A DNA stretch of 64,000 nucleotides from Candidatus Micrarchaeota archaeon (lineage in GTDB: Archaea > Micrarchaeota > Micrarchaeia > Anstonellales > Bilamarchaeaceae): contig JBBSVN010000012.1 in assembly GCA_038046765.1 (NCBI GenBank), positions 36,044 through 100,043 of the forward strand, written 5' to 3'. The notes under the pieces are model-generated. The model worked only from the letters and a program-made list of their open reading frames with translations. It did not search any database and had not been told where the DNA came from. How positions within the stretch are numbered: the first letter of the stretch is position 1; each line of letters starts with the position of its first letter. The position numbers and the translations under genes are program-made. Below, piece by piece: positions 1 through 10,231 of this stretch.

Positions 1-706
1 CAAAATCTACTTTTCCGTCTAATTTGAAATGATTTGTAATCCCTCTGCCATTTTCCCCTAGAACTCCGTCCCCATGCGCGTCATCAATGTATGTTACTGC
101 TTCGTATTGTTCTGATAGTTTTACGATTTGGTCTAAGGGTGCGATGTCACCATCCATCGAAAATACGCCATCGCTTACAATAAGAATTCTTTTTGCGTTT
201 TTAGTTTTCGCTTCTTTCAATTTTGCTTCTAAATCTTGCATGTTCTTGTGTTCGTAAACTAATCGATCTGCTTTACTTAATCGTAGTCCATCTATTATCG
301 ATCCGTGATTTAGCGAATCTGAAATTACTGCATCGCCTTCTCTTAACAATGCGGGTAACGCTCCGCTATTAGCTGTAAAACCTGTATTATAATATAGTGC
401 TGCTTCTGTATGTTTAAATTTCGCGATTAATTCTTCTAGTTTTAAGTGTATGTCCATTGTTCCAGCAATTGGCCTTACTGAACCGCTTCCAGCCCCATGC
501 GTTCTTATTGCGTTTATTGCTGCTTTTCTAAGTGCTTTATGATTTGCTAATCCTAAGTAATTGTTTGAGCATAACATGACTACTTTCTTTCCGTCAATTG
601 TGGATTGTGCCACTGATGGCCCGCCTAGTGTTCGTGGTTTCCACAATAAGTTATCTTTATCTAATAAATCGAGTTCGGATTTTAGTTCTTCTAATAATCG
701 AGACAT
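1..706 (-). CDS. kbl: Glycine C-acetyltransferase (2-amino-3-ketobutyrate CoA ligase)/BioF-family PLP enzyme; runs off the window edge
   Basis: Not in the ORF track. Manual translation from ATG at 706 gives MSRLLEELK...MLCSNNYLGL...SDSLNHGSIIDG...DGVFSMDGD...DDAHG. GGTGA SD upstream; tdh is nearby. Confidence 0.85.
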   Translation of the reverse strand, partial: MSRLLEELKSELDLLDKDNLLWKPRTLGGPSVAQSTIDGKKVVMLCSNNYLGLANHKALRKAAINAIRTHGAGSGSVRPIAGTMDIHLKLEELIAKFKHTEAALYYNTGFTANSGALPALLREGDAVISDSLNHGSIIDGLRLSKADRLVYEHKNMQDLEAKLKEAKTKNAKRILIVSDGVFSMDGDIAPLDQIVKLSEQYEAVTYIDDAHGDGVLGENGRGITNHFKLDGKVDF

Positions 707-863
707 TTAGAATCACCGTTAACATATAATCTATTCATTTTGATGTTTTAAATATCCTATTAAATTATTAAATCTGTTCGTGTAGAAAAATTCACATAAA
801 TATAAACTTATTGTTAATTTGACACTTTAGTATACTTTTAAATCTTGGTAGATTAATTTAATT

Positions 864-3035
864 ATGGTAAATATTCCTTCATCACCAGATTTGCCTGATT
901 TTATTCCAAAACTAAAGATACGCGACTTAAAGGGCGAACTACGAAGCGAAGCAGAAGATATTCTCGAACAATTTTCAGAAGTTTCTACTGCAACTTTATC
1001 TAAAAATAGCACGATTGAATCAATGGTTAAACTATCAGCTAAACTTAACAAGAAGAGTAAAGGACATAAGAAACTAAAAAACAAGGTTGAAAACTTTGTC
1101 ATGATGGCTAATGCGCTTAAAAGAGAAAACGTAGTTGTTGCTGTTGCAACTACAAGAAACGAAGAACGAAGATTTAGACCACCGACACAAGAAATTGAAG
1201 CAAGACGAATGTTATTAGGAAGATTTGAAATTCACGAAATACTTAAAGATAATGGGCAGATGGGGACAACTTATAAAGTTTGGGACAATGAAAAAAATCA
1301 GTTTGCAGTAGTTAAAGAAGTTTTAGAAAGAAATAGGGATGCAACTATAATTGCAAAAAGAGAATACAAACTTGGTAAAAGATTAAATCATTCTGGAATT
1401 TCGAGTTATTCTGAATTTATTGAAGATAAATCCGAGGGTATGATTTACGTTGTAAGAGAATGGGTTGAAGGAACTAATCTTAAGGATATTGGAACACAAA
1501 GCGAGCAGAAAATAAAACAATTCTTGGAGCAAATAATTGAAATCGTCAAATATGTACATTCCGAGGACATAATTTTGCGTGATTTAAAAATAAGTAATTT
1601 TGTTCTAACTAGTGATGGCAGACTTAAACTAATTGAAGTATGTGGTGCACTTGAAGAAGGTGAAGCTAAAATTCAGGAACGAAATCACGAATCAACAATG
1701 TTTCATGTAGGAAGTCCATTTTCAACTGCTCCTGAACTATTTAGTCCTTGTAAACAGTCTGATATTTGGTCAATCGGTTCGATTATTGCTGATTTGTACT
1801 TAGGTGATGGAAAGAAATGCCAAATCTCTTCAGATGAATATGATTTTAGTATAATTGAAAATAAAAAACTTAGAACAATCGTAGAAAAAGCCATGCAGTA
1901 CAGGGTAAAATATCGATATCAATCTGTTGAAGAACTCGCTCAAGCGATTAGCGTAAAAGACGAATCGGTTGCTTTAAATAATGTGGAAAGACCTGGTGTT
2001 TTTGCTAGGATTAGGGCAAGTGTTATTTCATTTTTCAGTTACTCTGAAGCTACTATAATTAAAAATTTAAAAGAATCAATCGAAACTAATTCGCTTCGTG
2101 CCAATGATCAAAGACTTCAAAATCTTACTCCTGAAGAAGCAGATAAACTTTTACAATCCTTAGATGCTAAAAAAATTAGCAAAGGGGCGGATGTAAATGT
2201 TGTACTTTACATAATTTGTGAAAAAATTACTCAACTTCGTTCATTAGAAGTTGTTGCGGCTATAAAAAAATTACTTGAAATTGAAAGTTTTGGTGCTAAA
2301 ATCATTAGTAATTCTGTTTTTGATTTTTTAATTGAGAACCTAAATTCCAAATCTGCTTCCCAGGGAATACTCGAATTTTCAAAGTTTGATTATTTTGCTG
2401 ATCAGATACATGCCTTAATGAAAAAAATCGATAAAGAAATAGATGCATGTAATGCGTTAATCACAATTAAAAAAATGAAGAATAGAAACGAACTTGATCA
2501 AAAAGGCATTTTTAGACTCGCAGGAACGATTATTTCATCCGCAAATGCAGCTGATGTCATGGAAGCCGAAGGAGCTGATTTTGATGAAGCAACGATGGAT
2601 ACTTTGGCAAGAACAATTGCTAATGCGGGTAATCAAAATGATGCAAAGCGAGCGCTATGGAAAAGAACAATTACTAAATATTATCCATGGATAGATGTTC
2701 TGGCAAAAACTATTGGGGCTGATTCGGCTAGTGCTTCACAAGTTCTAAGTACTATCGAAATAAACATTGGTGTTGGGTATTTTGAACCAAAATTAAGGAC
2801 TTCTCTAAGTAATCTCGCAGAAAAAGTAAGCGAATCAGCACATGCGAAAAATGTTATAATGAAATTCGGCGATGCTGAAAGAAGTCTTAGATGGATAAAT
2901 ACATGGTTAACTCCCGGATCTATTGGTACCTTAGTTGCTCAAGTAAATGTTCCACAGCACATACAGGAAATTTTGGCATATAGCCAAGCTCCCGAATCGA
3001 TAAAAACCGAATTACGAAAAAAACTTAGAGAATAA
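864..3035 (+). CDS. Atypical Hanks-type Ser/Thr kinase domain with a helical C-terminal region
   Basis: AVVKE lysine, LRDLKISN catalytic loop, TAPE, SDIWSIG; the DFG position reads IEVCG. Confidence 0.75.
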   Translation: MVNIPSSPDLPDFIPKLKIRDLKGELRSEAEDILEQFSEVSTATLSKNSTIESMVKLSAKLNKKSKGHKKLKNKVENFVMMANALKRENVVVAVATTRNEERRFRPPTQEIEARRMLLGRFEIHEILKDNGQMGTTYKVWDNEKNQFAVVKEVLERNRDATIIAKREYKLGKRLNHSGISSYSEFIEDKSEGMIYVVREWVEGTNLKDIGTQSEQKIKQFLEQIIEIVKYVHSEDIILRDLKISNFVLTSDGRLKLIEVCGALEEGEAKIQERNHESTMFHVGSPFSTAPELFSPCKQSDIWSIGSIIADLYLGDGKKCQISSDEYDFSIIENKKLRTIVEKAMQYRVKYRYQSVEELAQAISVKDESVALNNVERPGVFARIRASVISFFSYSEATIIKNLKESIETNSLRANDQRLQNLTPEEADKLLQSLDAKKISKGADVNVVLYIICEKITQLRSLEVVAAIKKLLEIESFGAKIISNSVFDFLIENLNSKSASQGILEFSKFDYFADQIHALMKKIDKEIDACNALITIKKMKNRNELDQKGIFRLAGTIISSANAADVMEAEGADFDEATMDTLARTIANAGNQNDAKRALWKRTITKYYPWIDVLAKTIGADSASASQVLSTIEINIGVGYFEPKLRTSLSNLAEKVSESAHAKNVIMKFGDAERSLRWINTWLTPGSIGTLVAQVNVPQHIQEILAYSQAPESIKTELRKKLRE

Positions 3036-3062
3036 ACAAATCAACAAACGAGGCGTTTAATT

Positions 3063-4097
3063 ATGTTGTCAGTTTGGAAAACAAAACCAGAAGAAGGACT
3101 TATAGTAAAAGAAACAGATGTCCCTAAAATCAAAGAAGACCAAGTTCTAATCAAAGTCAAAGCAACTTCAATATGCGGCACAGATATGCATATTTACAAA
3201 TGGGATGAATGGGCGCAAAAACGAATCGGGAAAAATATTCCATATATTTTTGGTCATGAAGTAGCTGGGGAAATTGCAGAAATGGGTAAAAGCGTAAAAG
3301 GCTTATCTATAGGAGATCACGTATCAGCTGAAACGCATATCTCATGCGGATATTGTTTCCAGTGTAAAACTGGAAATGAACATATTTGTCAGAATGTTAA
3401 AATTTTAGGAGTTGATACAAACGGAACTTTTGCAGAATATTTAGCACTACCCTATCGAAATGCATGGGTAAATGACAAGAAAATTCCTCATTCTGTTGCA
3501 ACAGCACAAGAACCATTAGGAAACGCAGTCCATACTGTTTTTGATGGCGAAATTGTTGGAAAAACAGTTACGATATTTGGTATGGGCCCAATCGGAATTT
3601 GTGCAGTTGGACTATGCAAACTAGGTGGAGCAGAAAAGATAATTGCAATTGATAACCATGGTAGCAGATTAAAAATGGCAAAAGATTTTGGCGCAGATGT
3701 ACTAATTAATCCAAAGGAAAGCAATACACAAAAAGAAATAATGGATGCAACAAATGGACTAGGCGCAGATGTATTTTTAGAAATCGCAGGAAGCGAAGCA
3801 GCAATGACTGATGGATTAGCAACAATTAAGGCAGGTGGGAGAGCTTCAATTCTGGGAGTTTTCTCGAAACCATTTACTGTTGATGTCACTAGAGACATTG
3901 TGTTTAAAGGCATCAAACTCACAGGGATTAACGGAAGAAAAATGTTTGATACTTGGTATAAAACAAGATCTATTTTAGCTAGCGGAAAACTAGACCTAGC
4001 AAAACTCGTTACGCACAAGTTTAAACTAAAAGATATTGAAAAAGGATTCCAGGTTATGAAAAAAAGAGAAGGAATGAAGATTGTTTTGGAGCCTTAA
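3063..4097 (+). CDS. tdh: L-threonine 3-dehydrogenase
   Basis: ICGTDMHIYKWDEWA, GHE, CGYCFQC..C zinc motifs, GINGRKMFDTWY. Confidence 0.93.
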   Translation: MLSVWKTKPEEGLIVKETDVPKIKEDQVLIKVKATSICGTDMHIYKWDEWAQKRIGKNIPYIFGHEVAGEIAEMGKSVKGLSIGDHVSAETHISCGYCFQCKTGNEHICQNVKILGVDTNGTFAEYLALPYRNAWVNDKKIPHSVATAQEPLGNAVHTVFDGEIVGKTVTIFGMGPIGICAVGLCKLGGAEKIIAIDNHGSRLKMAKDFGADVLINPKESNTQKEIMDATNGLGADVFLEIAGSEAAMTDGLATIKAGGRASILGVFSKPFTVDVTRDIVFKGIKLTGINGRKMFDTWYKTRSILASGKLDLAKLVTHKFKLKDIEKGFQVMKKREGMKIVLEP

Positions 4098-4104
4098 TCG
4101 TCAT

Positions 4105-4192
4105 TTATCACACAAAATTCTAAAAAATGTGTGGTAAGTTTTTCTCTCGTAATTTTTAGGCACACATTTAATAGTTAAAATGTGTGGTAAGT
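4105..4192. repeat. Two related imperfect palindromes sharing a 16-bp direct repeat AAAATGTGTGGTAAGT
   Basis: Repeat copies at 4124-4139 and 4177-4192; each TGTGTG is matched by an upstream CACACA. Confidence 0.75.
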
Positions 4193-4218
4193 AAATATAT
4201 AAAATAAAAAGAAACTAC

Positions 4219-6519
4219 CTAAACCCTTTGCGCAATCGTCGGTCCCAAATTAGATTTGTCCCTGGTTAGTACATAATTCGTTGCAAAATCACTTCCAGTT
4301 AATCCTTCTTCATGGCTAATTATTAACGTCTGTTCGATAACGCTTGGAACTTTAAATTGCAAAGTATTTGAAAGAAGTTCAATCGCTTCGCTATCTAAAT
4401 TGTGTGTTGGTTCATCTAAAATTAACCAACTTAAATTTGGTGTTAAAACTGTCGCTAATGCAACGCGCAAAGTTAATGCAACACAAGCTCTTTCTCCTCC
4501 GCTAGCAACTGTTTCTAATTCCTTCCAGCCATTTTCAAGTATTTCTACATTGTAATCTTTTTCAGTTACATTTATCCTAATTGCCTTGTAGTTTCTATGC
4601 GGGTAAAATATATTCCAAATCTCGTTCATCGCATTATTTATTGCTTCAATTAAATTTGTTCTAAGTGAAATCTGCGTTTCTAATAATGCGTCCTTGTAGA
4701 TACTCAATTCATTTTCAAGCTTTGATAAGTACTTAATTTCTAAGTCTATTTCCTTAAGGTGAATTAGTTCTTTATCCGTAATCTCATATATCTGTTGATA
4801 ATCACCAACTTGTTTTTTTAATACTGCTAATGATCCAAAAATCTTTTCATAGTTAATCTTTACATTTTCAAGTAAAACTCTTTTTTCCTCAAATACCTTA
4901 TCGTCAAATTTAACCAGAGCAAGTTTCGTATTTATTTCTTCTAAATTTTTAGTTGTATTTTCTATTTCCTTTTTCTTCTTAATTTCTGACTCCATTTTAT
5001 TTTGTTCTAAAATAAGTTTTTCAATCTGGCTAGTTAGCTCGCTTAGATTTTTTTGCATCTGTAATTTATTGTCTTCAATTATTTTTTGGTTTTCTGTCTT
5101 TGTAGTTGTTTCTTTTATGACTAAAGCCTCATCTATGAGTCCTTCTTTAAGCGCTTTTATCCGATCTGTTAAAAGTTCAGCTGATTTTAAATCTTTTTCA
5201 ATTGTTTCAATGCTACTTCTAATTTGGCTAATCTTTAGTTCGATTTTCGGTAAAATTTCGTTATTCTCCCTAACAATTTTTTCTCTTTCATTTTTTATGT
5301 GTGATATTTTATCTGGATTTAATTCGCAGTTACATACTGGGCATACTGCGGCACTATCCTGTAATTGTATTTTATTTGCTATGTCCTGTAACTCCTTGAT
5401 TTTAGCTTTTCTTACTCCAAGTTCGGCTGTTAGTTCTGATGACTCTTTTGAAAGGGGATCTTTTTTCAACTTTAGATCTGGGATACTGGCATTTTTTAAT
5501 ATAAGTTTTAACGAACTATCATATTTTGCTATCAGTTCGACTGAATTTTTGTTATTCTTTATTTTCTGTTCATTTGCAGCGATTTGTTTACTTATTTCTA
5601 ATGATGCCTGATCTAGTGGTTTAATTTTTTCCATTACTTCTAGTCTATTTTTCTGTGTCTCTGTTCTTCTTGTTTTTAGTTCTTCCAAAACTACCTCTTG
5701 AACTTCTACATATCCTTTTTTCAAATTTTCAATTATAGCAGTTAATTTTATCTGCTGGTTTTTCAAGATTTCAAAACTATCTTTTAGTAACTTTAATTGG
5801 TCATACTCATCTTGAAAGTCTTTTCTTTTTACGCTCAATTCCCCAATCTCTTTTTCTAGTTCAGTTGCCCTCTGTTTTCCCTTATCCATTTCTAAGATTA
5901 TTGTTTGTTTCTTTTCTTCTAATTCCTTTATTCTTAAGCTACTAAATTTTTCTGATAATGTTTTGTTGCCAGATTTTATTCTGTTTATTACAGAAATAAG
6001 GTTTGTTCTAGCTGTTTCAAACTTATCTAAACCCAGTAGGTTATCAAGTTCCTGCTTTCTTCTTCTTGGTTCAACAGATAAAAAATAATCTATGTTGTTC
6101 TGGTCGCTGTAAATTGCTCTTGTAAATAAATCGTAGTCCACTTGTAATAATTGTTCAATATATTCATTTACTGCTACTGGACCCTTATCCATTAACTGAT
6201 CTTTCTTGTATACATAAGCATCAGTACTGGTTCCTCTTTTATCTTTCTTTATAATTCGTTCTACCTTGTAATTTTCTCCCCTGCAGTTAAAATTAAGTTC
6301 GATTTGTGCAGAATTTTCATTTAGTCGCAGTGTGTTTTCTAAGTTTAATTTTCTTTTTTCTAAACTAGGAAAAGTTCCAAATAATGCAAAACAGATCGCA
6401 TCAAGTACGCTTGATTTTCCACTCCCCATACTTCCAATTAAAAGATTAGTTCCTTTGCTAAACGCTAAGTTGCTGTTTGCATGCGATCGCCAGTTTGTAA
6501 GTTTGATGGAAGTAAGCAT
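4219..6519 (-). CDS. rad50: Rad50/SbcC-like SMC-family ATPase
   Basis: Walker A GSMGSGKSS, coiled coil with CPVC zinc hook, ASGGE signature, ILDEPT Walker B. Confidence 0.85.
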   Translation of the reverse strand: MLTSIKLTNWRSHANSNLAFSKGTNLLIGSMGSGKSSVLDAICFALFGTFPSLEKRKLNLENTLRLNENSAQIELNFNCRGENYKVERIIKKDKRGTSTDAYVYKKDQLMDKGPVAVNEYIEQLLQVDYDLFTRAIYSDQNNIDYFLSVEPRRRKQELDNLLGLDKFETARTNLISVINRIKSGNKTLSEKFSSLRIKELEEKKQTIILEMDKGKQRATELEKEIGELSVKRKDFQDEYDQLKLLKDSFEILKNQQIKLTAIIENLKKGYVEVQEVVLEELKTRRTETQKNRLEVMEKIKPLDQASLEISKQIAANEQKIKNNKNSVELIAKYDSSLKLILKNASIPDLKLKKDPLSKESSELTAELGVRKAKIKELQDIANKIQLQDSAAVCPVCNCELNPDKISHIKNEREKIVRENNEILPKIELKISQIRSSIETIEKDLKSAELLTDRIKALKEGLIDEALVIKETTTKTENQKIIEDNKLQMQKNLSELTSQIEKLILEQNKMESEIKKKKEIENTTKNLEEINTKLALVKFDDKVFEEKRVLLENVKINYEKIFGSLAVLKKQVGDYQQIYEITDKELIHLKEIDLEIKYLSKLENELSIYKDALLETQISLRTNLIEAINNAMNEIWNIFYPHRNYKAIRINVTEKDYNVEILENGWKELETVASGGERACVALTLRVALATVLTPNLSWLILDEPTHNLDSEAIELLSNTLQFKVPSVIEQTLIISHEEGLTGSDFATNYVLTRDKSNLGPTIAQRV

Positions 6520-6575
6520 ACATCAAGTAATTTATATGGTTAAAAATAAAGAGACATCTGTTCTGCTGGTTTTTA

Positions 6576-7453
6576 CTATCTAAAAACAGTATATCTGCAA
6601 ACTTCAGGGTCGTTTACCTTTGCAATAATTTCAGCGTTTCCTTCGTTTACAAGGCGTTCGTAATACGTATTTGTTGAAGCAAGGTCTAAACCAACTATGA
6701 AACTATTTTTATCTTTTAGTAATCCGCGTAACTTTGTTAAAAATTGTTTTACGAGTACGGATCCGGTTTCGGGATTATGGAATTCTTTAATAAAGTGCAT
6801 TACATTTGCGAGGAATATTCGGTCGAACTTACGACTTTTTAATTTTTCTAATCCTTCGGGTAATGTTGTCTGGATTATGTTATATCTGTCTGCAAGTATC
6901 TTCGCCCGAGTTTTTGCATAAATTTCTTCATTTTTTAAGTGTGGAAAGAAATGCGTTCCTATATCTTGTTCTTCTAAGGTGATGTTACAACTATCACTTA
7001 CACGGTGATGTTCATTATTAACATCTAATCCCGCCTGATTGAAAATATCAATTAAGATATCTCGTTCATGACTTGATAAACAATCTTTAAGAAACAGGAT
7101 TGAATTGCTACGCAAGTAGTCATATGCTTGATTAAGATTTACTATAAACCTACTTGCTAACAATAATTTTAATAATTCGAGAAATTCCGCTCTGCTAAAT
7201 TCAGTTGTAGCCATTCTTGTTAATCTGTTATAAATAATCTGCTCTTTACTTGCATCTATCGCAACAACTTCCCTTACCTTTGGAAGCATAGCTAGTCCCA
7301 ACCATAAGCTGCGATCGTTAGGACACTATGGTGTGGTTGTAAATCCATAATCTCGAGCGTTTTAGGAACTCGTGTTAGTGGGCAGCCCCAGCTGAGTCTG
7401 CCTTTGGCAATGTTTAATGGTTTAACTGGTTTAATTATCGGTTCTGCTACCAT
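6576..7453 (-). pseudogene. Frameshifted SAM-dependent transferase-like gene (DUF3419/BtaA-like)
   Basis: The upstream ORF (ATG 7453, ...HSVLTIAAYG) continues as LGLAMLPKVREVVAIDAS in another frame; one extra base near 7300 restores a single ORF with a Rossmann motif I. Confidence 0.55.
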
Positions 7454-7527
7454 AAATATACTCCACAATATTAATCTAAACAACACTTTATAAATTCTTC
7501 TTACCTTATTATAATTGGTGAGATTAA

Positions 7528-8169
7528 ATGCAAGCACAACATTTACTAATTCCAGGTCAAAGAAGAATCAATAAAATGGAATATCCTGGTTTTAAGAATG
7601 ACTTAAAAAAAGCTGGGTTTCGTGTTGAAGTTGGGTTAAATGAATTTAGTTATGGTCTAAAAACAAATCATTTTTTTCATGATCCTGGTTTTAATTTAGC
7701 TGTTAATGCCCTACATACTCCTGATAAAAAAGAAACAATTGTAAGCGCCGAATTGACAATGGTGTGGAGACCAGCTCTCCAACTTAATAGTGTCATAATT
7801 GAAGGTTTTCAGGAAAAAGCACATACTGTAGATTTACCTAATGGATATCAATACGCTGCTTTTCTAGTCGTTCCAAAAACAGTTGAATTATTAGTTGAAA
7901 ATGCCTTAAAATTAGGTAAATTTATTGCTGGACTAGAGGAACATCCATTAATTGAAGGTATTGAAGACAATCCGAAGGAAATTGTCTATAATAATCGTTG
8001 GTATAGTCAACGGATCCAAAACGCTTCAATTCCAGCTGAGGCTAAATCAATTGAGTTAGAGTGGGCTAGGGTACGAGATTTTATATGCGCTAGTATAGCT
8101 CATAAAGTCGGAGTTCTGCGACTCGACCAAAATTTAATTGAAGTTATGGCGTTTGTCACAAATAAATAA
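7528..8169 (+). CDS. Hypothetical protein
   Basis: 213-aa ORF with a TATA-like TTTATAAA upstream. Confidence 0.6.
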   Translation: MQAQHLLIPGQRRINKMEYPGFKNDLKKAGFRVEVGLNEFSYGLKTNHFFHDPGFNLAVNALHTPDKKETIVSAELTMVWRPALQLNSVIIEGFQEKAHTVDLPNGYQYAAFLVVPKTVELLVENALKLGKFIAGLEEHPLIEGIEDNPKEIVYNNRWYSQRIQNASIPAEAKSIELEWARVRDFICASIAHKVGVLRLDQNLIEVMAFVTNK

Positions 8170-8183
8170 TTTTTGGTATTTTT

Positions 8184-9011
8184 ATGTCACAAACAAAATC
8201 ACAAACATTTGCTCCTCACGTAAAACGAGAAGACGTTTATTCAAGACTTGGAGGGCCTACTTTAAGGTTGCTACAAAGACTTAAGGCGATTCCTGAGGAG
8301 AACGGTGCGGTTTCAAGATTCAAAGAAACTAAACTTGATCAATTGAATCTAGATGCAATATCTCGTATTTGGTCAAGTGATCCAAATGAATTAGCAACAA
8401 TTCATGAAAGAGTTTATAGCGAATTGGCTGATTCTAGAAGGTGCAAATCTTCCAGAATGGATGAAGAAATTAAACGCGGAGTTTTAGAACTAACCGCGTT
8501 TCCATTTATCGTAGCTGATGTCGTCCTAGATCTAGCTTTAATGGACGAAGAAGAAATAAAACGAAAATTTCCTTGTCCAAAATTCTTCACTCAAGATGAA
8601 AGAAATGTTTTTGCAGTTGCAATGCACTCTGCTATAGAAGCGACTGCTAAAGAAGACCTTAAAAATTTCTTGAAAACTCATGTAAGCAGTTTTTACCCTC
8701 ACAACTTCCCAGAAGTAGGGGTATTAAAGACCAGGATTGCTTTTCTTGAAAGTGTTGCTAATGATTTTACTGATCAAAAAACGCGCTACTTAATGCAAGA
8801 CCGATATGATATGTGTAATCGTTTTCATATTAAGACCAAATCTACAGAAGATTTATATGCCGACCTTAGTATGTATCCGCGAGGTGGAAGGCTAGCTTTA
8901 ATAGAAGTTCTAAGTTGGAATGGGGGGCTTGACCGTGAATCTAGAATTAAGTTGGAAGCACTCGATCTTGAGTATCAGGTTCTTGGTCTAGGTCTTTCAA
9001 ACAGTGATTAA
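8184..9011 (+). CDS. Hypothetical protein
   Basis: 275-aa ORF, co-oriented with the previous gene. Confidence 0.6.
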   Translation: MSQTKSQTFAPHVKREDVYSRLGGPTLRLLQRLKAIPEENGAVSRFKETKLDQLNLDAISRIWSSDPNELATIHERVYSELADSRRCKSSRMDEEIKRGVLELTAFPFIVADVVLDLALMDEEEIKRKFPCPKFFTQDERNVFAVAMHSAIEATAKEDLKNFLKTHVSSFYPHNFPEVGVLKTRIAFLESVANDFTDQKTRYLMQDRYDMCNRFHIKTKSTEDLYADLSMYPRGGRLALIEVLSWNGGLDRESRIKLEALDLEYQVLGLGLSNSD

Positions 9012-9136
9012 TTTAGTTACTAGACAAAATTCTTCTTACATATGTTAACTATATCATTTCGTCTTTCGTCGTATCTTCCAGCGTCAATCAACAATCTTTT
9101 TAAACCAATCTTAGCACATAAATACTGTTGATTTCT

Positions 9137-10231
9137 ATGCGCTTAGTCGTAAAACTCGGCAGTTCCTTAGTTACTGCAAAAAACGGAATAGATTCTCATT
9201 TAATAAAGAAAATCGCTGATGAAATCTGTTCTTTAAGCGAACACGATTTTGTCATTGTTACTTCTGGAGCAATATCTACTGGGATGCGTAAACTTGGGAT
9301 AAAAGAAAAACCAAGAGACATTGCATTACATCAAGCACTGGCCGCAGTAGGCCAAGGTTCACTCATGCGAGCTTACGAGAGAATATTCGCAGATCGAAAA
9401 ATTTTAGCCCAAGTTCTTTTAACAAATAATGACTTCTGTAACCGTTTACAATACCTAAACATTCAACACACATTAAACATGCTAATTTCAAAACATGTAG
9501 TTCCAATAATAAACGAAAACGATACGGTAACTGCCCAAGATATAAAGAAAGTCGCCTTTGGAGATAACGATTCGCTAGCAGCTCAAGTCGCAGTTGCTAT
9601 AGATGCGGATATGCTAATTATCTTAACGGATGTTGATGGGTTATACGATCGAAATCCAAAAGATTCGCAAGCAAAATTAATTCGTGAAGTTAATGATTTT
9701 GACGATGCTTTTTTAGAATCTGCTTGTAGCACCTGTGGTGAACTAGGTCGAGGAGGAATGTCTGCAAAAGTTAAAGCTGCAAAAATGGCAACATTAGGAG
9801 ATGTAAAAGTTATTGTAGCTAAAGGAACAGAAATTAATGTGATTAAAAAAACAATTAACCATGAAGTTGGTACTGCATTCTATCCACCTAAAAATAATGA
9901 TCAATTATCTGCTCATAAAAACTGGATTGCGTTTGCTAGTGAAATAAAGGGGAAAATATTTGTAAAAGGAAGTACAGAAACAACTTGCAATTTAACTAGC
10001 GTAGTTTTGCCAAGCGAAGTAGTTTCTGCTGAAGGAGATTTTGAGAAAGGAGATGTAGTTGAAGTAATTTGTAATGAAAAGCGAATTGCAAGAGGAATGA
10101 GTAACTATTCCGTTTACGATCTAAACCGGGTTAAAGGATTGGAAGAAAATGATATTTTTAAAATCTTAGGCTATGCTTATAGGGAAGTAATTTCACAAAG
10201 TAATCTGGTGAAAACCAATGGAAAACATTAA
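9137..10231 (+). CDS. proB: Glutamate 5-kinase with PUA domain
   Basis: VVKLGSS, VTSGA, AAVGQ, INENDTV, GDNDSLAA, GRGGMSAK. Confidence 0.95.
   Translation: MRLVVKLGSSLVTAKNGIDSHLIKKIADEICSLSEHDFVIVTSGAISTGMRKLGIKEKPRDIALHQALAAVGQGSLMRAYERIFADRKILAQVLLTNNDFCNRLQYLNIQHTLNMLISKHVVPIINENDTVTAQDIKKVAFGDNDSLAAQVAVAIDADMLIILTDVDGLYDRNPKDSQAKLIREVNDFDDAFLESACSTCGELGRGGMSAKVKAAKMATLGDVKVIVAKGTEINVIKKTINHEVGTAFYPPKNNDQLSAHKNWIAFASEIKGKIFVKGSTETTCNLTSVVLPSEVVSAEGDFEKGDVVEVICNEKRIARGMSNYSVYDLNRVKGLEENDIFKILGYAYREVISQSNLVKTNGKH

Noticed and set aside
4105..4192. Mini CRISPR array
   Set aside because: Only two 16-bp copies and no cas genes
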